Source: Ignavibacteria bacterium (GTDB lineage Bacteria; Bacteroidota; Ignavibacteria; Tepidaquicellales; OLB5). From it: a stretch of DNA of 64,000 bases. The stretch covers positions 70,264 through 134,263 of the forward strand of contig JAYRXC010000003.1 of the NCBI GenBank assembly GCA_041917655.1, given 5' to 3'. The position numbers were made by a program, and so were the translations under genes. Every line of letters begins with the position of its first letter. Positions within the stretch are counted from its first letter, which is position 1. The notes under the pieces were generated by a model, which ran no database searches, had not been told where the DNA came from, and worked only from the letters and a program-made list of their open reading frames with translations. This document shows positions 56,428-64,000 of this stretch, piece by piece.

Positions 56428-56937
56428 TTATTTGAGATGCAGAATATCGCTGTATGATTCACTAACTCTGTCTTTTTGTTTTATTCCAAGTGCTTTTGTC
56501 AGCATCTGCATCTTACTCGCAGCCATCTTAGTTTCATTAGCTGTTCTGCATACCACCTCAATCTCGATAAATTTTCCCAGCCCGCGAATTGTATCTAAAT
56601 GAATTCTGACGTTTTCATAAATGTACAAAACCCGTTTCTTGTTTACAGTAATTAGTTTACCGAGTGAATCCCCCAGCAGCTTTTCTGTCTCCACCGGGTA
56701 ACGTATCTTCTCGAGGAAATAATTGCTGTATCGTGCTGACTTCCTGTCGGGCCTTCTGTAGTATATCAATTGATGCTCTACCCTGTTAATGCTTCTGAGC
56801 TTCAGCCTGCCGGGAGAAACTTTGAAATACACATCCCTTTGCTTAAGGATACCATTGTATTTGGCATTCAGCTTCCGGAGAGCAGAAACTGCCGCAGAAT
56901 GATCGCTGCACTTTGATTTAATTTCCAGATTTTTCAA
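56428..56937 (-). CDS. CYTH-domain protein (class IV adenylate cyclase / triphosphate tunnel metalloenzyme family)
   Basis: N-terminal LEIKSK strand (ExExK-like), GRLKLR, and FIEIEVV near the C-terminus. TTG start overlaps the upstream stop. Confidence 0.65.
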   Translation of the reverse strand: MKNLEIKSKCSDHSAAVSALRKLNAKYNGILKQRDVYFKVSPGRLKLRSINRVEHQLIYYRRPDRKSARYSNYFLEKIRYPVETEKLLGDSLGKLITVNKKRVLYIYENVRIHLDTIRGLGKFIEIEVVCRTANETKMAASKMQMLTKALGIKQKDRVSESYSDILHLK

Positions 56938-57425
56938 TTTACAGAATTTTCTGATGCGCCAAGTCTGTAGTAAGCTATCATTAATACAAATATTATAAGT
57001 GGAATGAATATATCTCCTGCATAAAGAAAAATCCCGGTGTTATATGGCGATGTATCGCCTTTTTGCATCTGGACAAAGTGGCCGTAAGCTGCACCCCATA
57101 AAAAAATGCAATAGCCGGTCACAACTGCCGCCCAAAAATTTCCTCTAATTCTTGTGCATAGTATTCCCAATATGCCAAATGCCAGATTTGCGATTGCAAC
57201 CTCAAACTGGAACGGACTTCCTGTAGGCCAGCCTATCTCCCTGGCAACTTCATTAGCAAGGAATGCATGCCCCATGAAGGCATAAACACTCCCAAGTCCG
57301 ATGCTGAAAAATATCATATAAAGGAGAAAGATACCAATGTAATCCTTTTTCGAATCAGGGCGTTTAATCAGGATCCGCACAGCCGCTGCAACTATTGCAG
57401 CAATAAATAATATTACAGTATACAT
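56934..57425 (-). CDS. Hypothetical integral membrane protein
   Basis: About five hydrophobic helices. I prefer the Met at 57425 (MYTVILFIAAIV), which avoids an overlap with the upstream gene. Confidence 0.6.
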   Translation of the reverse strand: MYTVILFIAAIVAAAVRILIKRPDSKKDYIGIFLLYMIFFSIGLGSVYAFMGHAFLANEVAREIGWPTGSPFQFEVAIANLAFGILGILCTRIRGNFWAAVVTGYCIFLWGAAYGHFVQMQKGDTSPYNTGIFLYAGDIFIPLIIFVLMIAYYRLGASENSVN

Positions 57426-57444
57426 AGTTGGTTTTAGCTTTGAT

Positions 57445-59544
57445 CTATAATAGTTCTGTAAACTCTTCGATAGTTTCAACCGGCAGCCTGCATGCGAAAT
57501 TCTCGCAAACATATGCTGTAGTAACCGGTTCGTTGATCACCACACCTGATGCAAATGTCAGGCTTTTAGGTGCATTCAGGGGATCGATCTTTACAAGTAC
57601 CTTATTCGGAATGAATCTTTTATAAACTTCCCTAAGCATATATTCTGCAGTATTATCCTTTTCCCTGCCCGCAATGATGATCTGCTTTGGCTTATGCAAT
57701 GCATAATCCAGCGCGACCAGCATTTGCGGCATAGCGTAAGGCATTTTTTCCAGCTTAGCCGAAAAAGCAAGTATTGAGCTGTAAGCCAGATCATACCACT
57801 TCTCCCTGCCTGTTAAAAATGAAAGCCTCATTAGGTTCATTATTGCAATTGAGTTACCGGTTGGCTCAGCGGAATCATAATCTTCCTTGGTGCGGACTAA
57901 AATACTTTTATCCTTTCCGGAAGTATCAAAAAATCCTGAAGCATCCTCGTCATAAAAATCGCGTATCATGGTTTCGGTAAGCAATACCGCTTTTTCTAGG
58001 TACTTCTCATCAAAGCTTGATTCATAGAGGTCAATCAGCCCCTGCGTAAAGAAAGCATAATCTTCCAGTGTTCCTTCTATCTTAGACTCGCCATCCCTGT
58101 AGCGGTGAAGCACTGTATTATCTATTTCCCTGCATAAGTGTTTCAGAATGAAATCAGCGCTGTCCGCTGCCAGTTTCAGGTAAGCAGAATTACCCAGTAC
58201 CTGGTAAGCCCGTGCAAATGCCGTTATCATTAATCCGTTCCAGTTGGTAAGTATTTTATCATCAAGATGCGGCAGCGGCCGCTTAAGCCGTTCGGCAAAA
58301 AGTATTTTCCTGCCTTCTTCAAGTATTCTGCTTACATCATCAGTTGAGCGCTCAAACTTATTTGATGTTTCCGAAACCGAGTGAGCGCGGTAGAGAATAT
58401 TTTTTTCAACAAACACACTGTGCGGGTCACTGCCCCGCGGTGCATTACCATACTCATTAACACCGTAATGATAATTGAAAACTTCTGCATCTTCGCCAAG
58501 CAGATCATCTATTTCTTTCTTGCTCCATACATAGCACGCGCCTTCTTCTTTTTCCTTCGGGTTATCGTCGCTCAGGGCAGATTCTGCGTCTTCGGCGGAA
58601 TAGAATCCGCCTTCCGGACTTTTCAGCTTACGCTCAACATAGCCCAGCACTTCTTTAACTATATCCGCAAAATAACCGTCTCCTGTCACCTGGTAAGCTT
58701 CAAGGTAATTTACTGCCAGCTGCGCCTGGTCATACAGCATTTTTTCAAAATGGGGAACGCGCCAGTAGCGGTCAACTGAATAACGGTGGAATCCACCGCC
58801 CAAATGGTCATACATACCGCCTTTTGCCATCTGCAGCAAAGTGCGGATAACCATTTGCAGCGATTCAGAGTCATCAAACCTATTGTAAGCGCGCATTAGA
58901 AAGTTCAATCCGGGCGGTCTTGGAAATTTTGGCGCGCCGCCGAATCCGCCATATTCCTCATCAAAGCCGTTCTTGAACTGCTGCGCTCCTTTGGTTAGCA
59001 TTTCCGCTGAAAGCTCACCGGCGGAGGCTGTATTATGTGATGCTTCGCGGATGTGGTTTAGTATATTTTCGCCTGATTCGTTCACTTCATCCCTGCGTGT
59101 TAGCCATGCCTGTTCAAGCTGGCGGATAAGGTCCTCGAATCCGGGCAATCCGTATTTTGAAGTGGGAGGAACGTATGTTGCTCCGTAAAACGGTTTAAGA
59201 TCATTTGTTAAAAACATTGACATTGGCCAGCCGCCTGAGCCTGTCATAGCCTGCAATGCAGACATGTACACACGGTCAACATCAGGGCGCTCTTCCCTAT
59301 CGACTTTTATATTTACAAATATACGGTTCATTTCTTCTGCAATGGATTCAACTTCGAACACTTCGCGCTCCATTACATGGCACCAGTAGCAGGTAGAGTA
59401 TCCGATTGAAAGGAATATGGGTTTATCTTCATCCTTCGCTTTTTTGAATGCCTCATCACCCCATGGATACCAATCCACTGGATTATGTGCATGCTGTAAT
59501 AAGTAAGGCGATTTTTCGTTGATGAGTCTGTTTGGTTTGGACAT
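57445..59544 (-). CDS. Thioredoxin-domain protein, DUF255/YyaL family, with a six-hairpin glycosidase-like C-terminal region
   Basis: [52 protein letters not shown] is the family signature. Confidence 0.9.
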   Translation of the reverse strand: MSKPNRLINEKSPYLLQHAHNPVDWYPWGDEAFKKAKDEDKPIFLSIGYSTCYWCHVMEREVFEVESIAEEMNRIFVNIKVDREERPDVDRVYMSALQAMTGSGGWPMSMFLTNDLKPFYGATYVPPTSKYGLPGFEDLIRQLEQAWLTRRDEVNESGENILNHIREASHNTASAGELSAEMLTKGAQQFKNGFDEEYGGFGGAPKFPRPPGLNFLMRAYNRFDDSESLQMVIRTLLQMAKGGMYDHLGGGFHRYSVDRYWRVPHFEKMLYDQAQLAVNYLEAYQVTGDGYFADIVKEVLGYVERKLKSPEGGFYSAEDAESALSDDNPKEKEEGACYVWSKKEIDDLLGEDAEVFNYHYGVNEYGNAPRGSDPHSVFVEKNILYRAHSVSETSNKFERSTDDVSRILEEGRKILFAERLKRPLPHLDDKILTNWNGLMITAFARAYQVLGNSAYLKLAADSADFILKHLCREIDNTVLHRYRDGESKIEGTLEDYAFFTQGLIDLYESSFDEKYLEKAVLLTETMIRDFYDEDASGFFDTSGKDKSILVRTKEDYDSAEPTGNSIAIMNLMRLSFLTGREKWYDLAYSSILAFSAKLEKMPYAMPQMLVALDYALHKPKQIIIAGREKDNTAEYMLREVYKRFIPNKVLVKIDPLNAPKSLTFASGVVINEPVTTAYVCENFACRLPVETIEEFTELL

Positions 59545-59703
59545 TGAGTTATGGATGATTAGCTGCAAATATAGTTTTAATCTGAAGATTTATATAGATA
59601 AAAATTTTGGAGATTGGTATATTAGCACTATTGAACTATTCCGATTTTCAGAATAGTTGTTAATACTTAGCTTACCCCGAAGAAACTACAATTACTTTTT
59701 GTT

Positions 59704-59904
59704 ATGGACGATATATATAAGAATGGTGGTTATTTTAATGATGACGGAACACCATTAAATCCGGATCTTATACCTAAACCCGGTTTATGTATGATATGCG
59801 CTCTAGATAACGATCCAAATGAGGAAATTTTATGTAATTTGAACAGACTTGATCAACGAAATGAATCAGATTTTAAGTGCTTCGCTTTTAAAAACCTTGA
59901 ATGA
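59704..59904 (+). CDS. Small Cys-containing hypothetical protein (66 aa)
   Basis: CxxC...C...C pattern (GLCMICALDNDPNEEILCNL...FKCFAF). Its stop overlaps the next start (ATGA). Confidence 0.4.
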   Translation: MDDIYKNGGYFNDDGTPLNPDLIPKPGLCMICALDNDPNEEILCNLNRLDQRNESDFKCFAFKNLE

Positions 59905-60458
59905 AGTTGATCTATATGGGAGTTAGTATACATTTTAGAGGTTCAATCGATAGATCAGAGAATAATGACCCTCTGATAAATGAACTTTCTGAGATATCAA
60001 GTGAAATGGAGTGGAAGTATTTTGTTATTGATGATATTGAATTGCAATTGAAGGGCATAATTATACAGCCACACGACAAATCAGAACCGCTCTCTATATT
60101 GATAAATGCAAATGGCAAGCTAACCAACCTGTTGTATTTAGTAGATAAGGATGATGATAGATTTGACTATTCATTAGTCAGCATTAAGACACAGTTTGCG
60201 CCGGTCGATATACATATCACGATTGTGAAGCTGCTTAGGTACATCAAGAAAAAATATATATCTGATCTGGAAGTGACCGACGAAGGATCTTTCTGGGAAA
60301 AGGGTGATACTGACTTGTTAACTGAAAAAACTGATTTCATTAACGATAGAATAAATTCGATTGCGGGAATGATCTCTTCAATTCCAAACTCCGGGAGTGA
60401 AACACCTGAATCCCTTGCAGATAAAATAGAACAGTACTTAAAGGACAAATTTGACTAG
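59901..60458 (+). CDS. Hypothetical protein (185 aa)
   Basis: The ORF is coupled to 59704-59904. No motif was recognised. Confidence 0.45.
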   Translation: MKLIYMGVSIHFRGSIDRSENNDPLINELSEISSEMEWKYFVIDDIELQLKGIIIQPHDKSEPLSILINANGKLTNLLYLVDKDDDRFDYSLVSIKTQFAPVDIHITIVKLLRYIKKKYISDLEVTDEGSFWEKGDTDLLTEKTDFINDRINSIAGMISSIPNSGSETPESLADKIEQYLKDKFD

Positions 60459-60615
60459 CTGTTGCTTTTTAACGGCTCTCTGATTTACTCATTCCAACTA
60501 GAAAATTGAATATTTGCTTGTAAATCCAAGTTTTTTTATAGAGTATATGCAATCCATACTACACTAAACTAACTAACAGCTTTATCACTGAAAGACTCTA
60601 AGAAGTTTGAAATAA

Positions 60616-61254
60616 TTGATACCTCATTTGCATAAACTCAAATCTAAAATTCTCCCTCAGCTTTTCGTTATTTACACACGTTATCTCATCGGGGCGGCGT
60701 TTGTGTTTGCAAGTGTCGTCAAGATCCAGGGAAAACGGTTCACAACCATGGATGGAATCAACGAACCGATCAATTCCGCGTGGCATATGTTTGAAACATT
60801 ATATCAATCCGGGTTGTGGTGGAAGGTTATGGGGTATGGACAGCTAACAGCAGGCCTCCTGCTCATGACACAGCGTTATGCAAAGCTTGGCGCGTTAATG
60901 TTTCTGCCAATTATTACCAACGTGTTTATTTTTACTCTATCGTATGATTTCCGTGGAACACCCATAATTACAGGGTTAATGCTTGCTGCAAATATTATTC
61001 TAGTTTTGTGGGATTGGGATGAGCTGAAAATTCTTGTAAACAAAACACCTGTTATGCAGCCGCCGATCAGATTTGAAAACAAACGCGTTTGGGAAATTAC
61101 GGGGCTAATATTGTTCCTCTTCACCGTTATTTACAGAGCGGGTGTTACAGGATACAATATCCTGCTATGGGTACTTGTTAGTGCTGCAATCGGCATCACA
61201 GGATTAATCCTGGGAATATATAAATACAAAAAGGAACTAAATGCCAAATTTTGA
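60616..61254 (+). CDS. Hypothetical integral membrane protein
   Basis: Four to five hydrophobic helices. TTG start is uncertain. Confidence 0.5.
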   Translation: MIPHLHKLKSKILPQLFVIYTRYLIGAAFVFASVVKIQGKRFTTMDGINEPINSAWHMFETLYQSGLWWKVMGYGQLTAGLLLMTQRYAKLGALMFLPIITNVFIFTLSYDFRGTPIITGLMLAANIILVLWDWDELKILVNKTPVMQPPIRFENKRVWEITGLILFLFTVIYRAGVTGYNILLWVLVSAAIGITGLILGIYKYKKELNAKF

Positions 61255-62140
61255 TATTACCCTCTTAACATCATCGAGATATTTATCTGCGGAAACGGGA
61301 GATGAGTTTACTGAAACTATCCTGGAAGAAGACAGGATATTAACCCAGGCTTTGGAGCAGAAGGGATTAAAAGTCACCCGCACAAACTGGGATAATCCTG
61401 TTTTTAATTGGGCAGAGACCGGCTATGTGATTTTCCGAACACCATGGGATTATTTCAGTCGTTACGATGAGTTTTCACCCTGGCTCGAAAAAGCTGCCAG
61501 GTTAACCCGTTTCATAAATCCGGTTGATATTATTAACTGGAATATCGATAAGCATTACATGCTGGAGCTGGAAAAAGCAGGGATAAACATTCCCCCAACA
61601 ATTTTTATTGAGCCGGGCGATCAGCGCACTCTTGCGGAAATTACGGGAGAGCTGAAGTGGGATGAATTTATTTTAAAACCTGCCATATCGGGCGGCGCAT
61701 GGCATACATACAGAATAAGCAAAGATGAGATATTACAACATGAGCAAATTTACAAAGAGCTCATTCAGGAACGCTCAATGTTGGTCCAGGAATACCAGAA
61801 GAGCATAACAACACATGGTGAAGTTTCTTATATGGTAATAGGCGGCAAGTACACTCATGCGATCTTAAAGAAGGGAAAAGGAAGTGATTTCAGAATACAG
61901 GAATCCTTCGGCGGTACAATTCAGGATTACATACCTTCTAAAGAAGAAATTGATTTTGCGCAGAATGTGGTGAAAAACTCGAAACCGGGAATGCTATACG
62001 CAAGAGTGGACGTAATGTGGGATAACAACAATATACTGACACTGGGTGAACTTGAAGTATTTGAGCCTGCCTTGTGGCTGCGCAGGAATCCGGATGCTGC
62101 GGAACTGCTTGCTGATGAAGTTGTAAAAATTATGCAATAG
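61241..62140 (+). CDS. ATP-grasp domain protein (RimK-like fold)
   Basis: ILKPAISGGAWHTYRI, MLVQEYQ, GEVSYMVIGGKYTHAILKK, DFRIQESFGG and ARVDVM...LGELEVFEP follow the ATP-grasp strand order. Confidence 0.6.
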   Translation: MPNFDITLLTSSRYLSAETGDEFTETILEEDRILTQALEQKGLKVTRTNWDNPVFNWAETGYVIFRTPWDYFSRYDEFSPWLEKAARLTRFINPVDIINWNIDKHYMLELEKAGINIPPTIFIEPGDQRTLAEITGELKWDEFILKPAISGGAWHTYRISKDEILQHEQIYKELIQERSMLVQEYQKSITTHGEVSYMVIGGKYTHAILKKGKGSDFRIQESFGGTIQDYIPSKEEIDFAQNVVKNSKPGMLYARVDVMWDNNNILTLGELEVFEPALWLRRNPDAAELLADEVVKIMQ

Positions 62141-62257
62141 CTCCCTTTAATGAAGAAACTCAATTTTTTTAAATAACTAATTGAACCCTTTGGATTTCTT
62201 AAGTGTTATTAATATAAGCACATTCTATTTAATATTAATCACACAAAAGGGAGCAAA

Positions 62258-62635
62258 ATGTTTACAGCTAAAGATTCGTCCAGCGGATTTTCAGTAGATG
62301 ATACAGCACAGGCCCTGAAGTTTTACGGTAATATTCTGGAAATGAATATTAAAGAAGGTGAAATGGGAACCCTGGATTTGAGCCTGGAAAACGGAGGAAA
62401 TATCCTTATCTATCCAAAAGAAGACCATAAGCCGGCAGAGTTTACAGTACTTAACTTTCGTGTTAAAGATATACTGGATGCGGTAAATGATCTTAAAAAC
62501 AAAGGAGTAACATTTGAGCGTTACACCGTGGGTCCGGTAAAAACAGATGAAGACGGAATTTTCCGCGGCGGCGGACCACTGATCGCTTGGTTTCGGGATC
62601 CCGCCGGAAATATACTATCAGTAATGCAGATCTAG
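62258..62635 (+). CDS. VOC (glyoxalase/bleomycin-resistance) family protein
   Basis: 125 aa. The C-terminal AWFRDPAGNILSVMQ is typical of the family. Confidence 0.65.
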   Translation: MFTAKDSSSGFSVDDTAQALKFYGNILEMNIKEGEMGTLDLSLENGGNILIYPKEDHKPAEFTVLNFRVKDILDAVNDLKNKGVTFERYTVGPVKTDEDGIFRGGGPLIAWFRDPAGNILSVMQI

Positions 62636-62736
62636 AGAACTGCTTTGCCTTTTTTCTGTTTTATGTATGTGCTAAGTTTACAGAGTTACTTTTCATTTCC
62701 TGAAATTTTCAGAACCTGGACAGAACAAACCGAAAA

Positions 62737-63192
62737 ATGGCAATATGTTATTCATGTTTATCGAATTCCGGCGAGCGCAGAATTAGCCCTGGTGAGCAGA
62801 TATATAACGGTTCATATTGGGTGGTAGAGCATGCATATCCAAGCGGTCTGTTAGGCTGGCTTTCAATAGTACTGAAACGCCACTCGGAAGTACTGCATGA
62901 GCTAACGAAGGAAGAGTGGATTGAGCTCGGCGAAATCACCTTTAACGTGCTTAGGGCGCTCAAAAAAACTCTTAACCCCAAAAAGGAATACATAAGCTGT
63001 TTTGCTGAAACCCGAGGATTTGAACACATTCATTTCCATGTTATTCCGAAAACCGCAGCCTTTGACGATAATCTTCCGGGCACACATTCTTTCCGATACC
63101 TGCAGGTGAGCGAAAAAGAAGCGATTGAGACCGCAAAGATCAAAGAGCTATGTACAACCCTGAAACTGGAACTTTCTGGCAGATGGAGGTAA
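62737..63192 (+). CDS. HIT family hydrolase
   Basis: Histidine triad HIHFHVIPK. Confidence 0.8.
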   Translation: MAICYSCLSNSGERRISPGEQIYNGSYWVVEHAYPSGLLGWLSIVLKRHSEVLHELTKEEWIELGEITFNVLRALKKTLNPKKEYISCFAETRGFEHIHFHVIPKTAAFDDNLPGTHSFRYLQVSEKEAIETAKIKELCTTLKLELSGRWR

Positions 63193-63201
63193 AAAAGAAG
63201 A

Positions 63202-63501
63202 ATGAGCGAACAAAATGAACTCATAAACAACACCGCGCGCAGCAGGTATGAACTTGTGACCGATGGACATATTTCATACGTTGAATATATGCTGCCGGGC
63301 AGAAAGCTCATTTTATCACATACAGAAGTTCCCAAAGCTCTTGAGGGCAAGGGCGTAGGATCGAAACTAGTTAAGCTCGTGCTCGAAGATGCCAAAAGCC
63401 TCGGACTTAAGGTGATACCGCTTTGTCCCTTTGCTGCTTCTTACATTAAAAGACATCCGGAATGGAACAGCGTCTTAGATGATGATGTAAACCTCACTTA
63501 G
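63202..63501 (+). CDS. GNAT-family small N-acetyltransferase (YjdJ-like)
   Basis: GKGVGSKLVKLVLEDAKSLGLKVIPLCPFAASYIKRHPEW matches the short GNAT signature. Confidence 0.75.
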   Translation: MSEQNELINNTARSRYELVTDGHISYVEYMLPGRKLILSHTEVPKALEGKGVGSKLVKLVLEDAKSLGLKVIPLCPFAASYIKRHPEWNSVLDDDVNLT

Positions 63502-63578
63502 CCCTTTCTAAAATAATTATATTATAAATCACTATTTTTGTAGACAACAATTTAGTTCCATAAATGCAGTGAAACTAT

Positions 63579-64000
63579 ATGCAAAGACCCAAAGCAGAAG
63601 AATATGCTCCATACTTTGAAAGGTACATCAAGCTTGTACCCGAAGGTAATTACTCTGAAATTCTAATTGCAAATACACGCGAATGTACAGTATTTTTCAG
63701 ATCTCTCCCTCCTGAAAAACATGACTACAGGTATGCCGAAGGCAAATGGAATCCAAAAGAAATTATAATGCATTTGATCGATACAGAGAAGGTTATGGCA
63801 TACCGAGCTTTGGCTGCCGCAAGGCGCGATGTAAATATTGTTCTGCCAAATATGGATGAAGATCTTTATGCCAAAAATGCGTATGTAAACACTCGCTCAA
63901 TGGATAGCCTCGTGGAGGAATTTCTTGCCGTCAGGAAAGTAACGGAGCTATTTTATGAGAACGTGACTGAAGAAGACACGGAATATATTATATCAAGTGA
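63579..64000 (+). CDS. DinB-family protein (DinB_2-like), 3' end off-window
   Basis: Not in the ORF track because no stop falls within the window. The frame is open from the ATG at 63579 to the window end. Blocks YAPYFERYI and W.PKEIIMHLIDTE. Confidence 0.7.
   Translation, partial: MQRPKAEEYAPYFERYIKLVPEGNYSEILIANTRECTVFFRSLPPEKHDYRYAEGKWNPKEIIMHLIDTEKVMAYRALAAARRDVNIVLPNMDEDLYAKNAYVNTRSMDSLVEEFLAVRKVTELFYENVTEEDTEYIISS

Noticed and set aside
62645-62827. 60-aa ORF upstream of and overlapping the HIT gene
   Set aside because: It overlaps the HIT-family ORF start in another frame and has a hydrophobic, low-complexity translation with no support.

Overview
This 64-kb window looks chromosomal and most likely comes from an FCB-superphylum bacterium (Ignavibacteriota/Bacteroidota-like). 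The lineage call is an inference from three things: proteins ending in type IX secretion (T9SS) C-terminal sorting domains, a BshA bacillithiol glycosyltransferase, and a recurring TATATTTG box that matches the Bacteroidetes-type -7 promoter consensus. Most of the window is tightly packed housekeeping. It includes phoH, an S41 peptidase, tmk, mutS, tadA, a TetR gene followed by paaABCD, gap-pgk, efp, accB-accC, rsfS, bshA, miaA, pcm, cdaA, tag and two tRNA-Ser genes. I saw no rRNA, CRISPR array, transposase, integrase or recognisable defence system. The least ordinary part is about 17.1-24.2 kb, a visibly AT-richer block directly after paaD. It holds an ORF-free stretch dense with short perfect hairpins. 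It also holds a roughly 195-bp, nearly identical promoter/leader/start cassette placed in front of two otherwise very divergent beta-propeller-like lipoprotein genes. Finally, it holds a roughly 1160-codon T9SS cargo reading frame split by a single in-frame TAA. Other items worth a second look:
- An Lpp-like small coiled-coil lipoprotein with a strong promoter and SD, nested between two paralogous LysM proteins.
- Three tandem cytoplasmic TPR-histidine kinases with no response regulator in the window.
- A 21-bp duplication of the tRNA-Ser(GGA) 3' end, which resembles an att scar.
- A signal-peptide-plus-T9SS-CTD-only mini-protein.
- A gap-pgk operon that continues into an aminotransferase, a CDP-alcohol phosphatidyltransferase and a lipoprotein with a degenerate trypsin-like domain.
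All functional calls rest on motif recognition by eye. No database search was possible.
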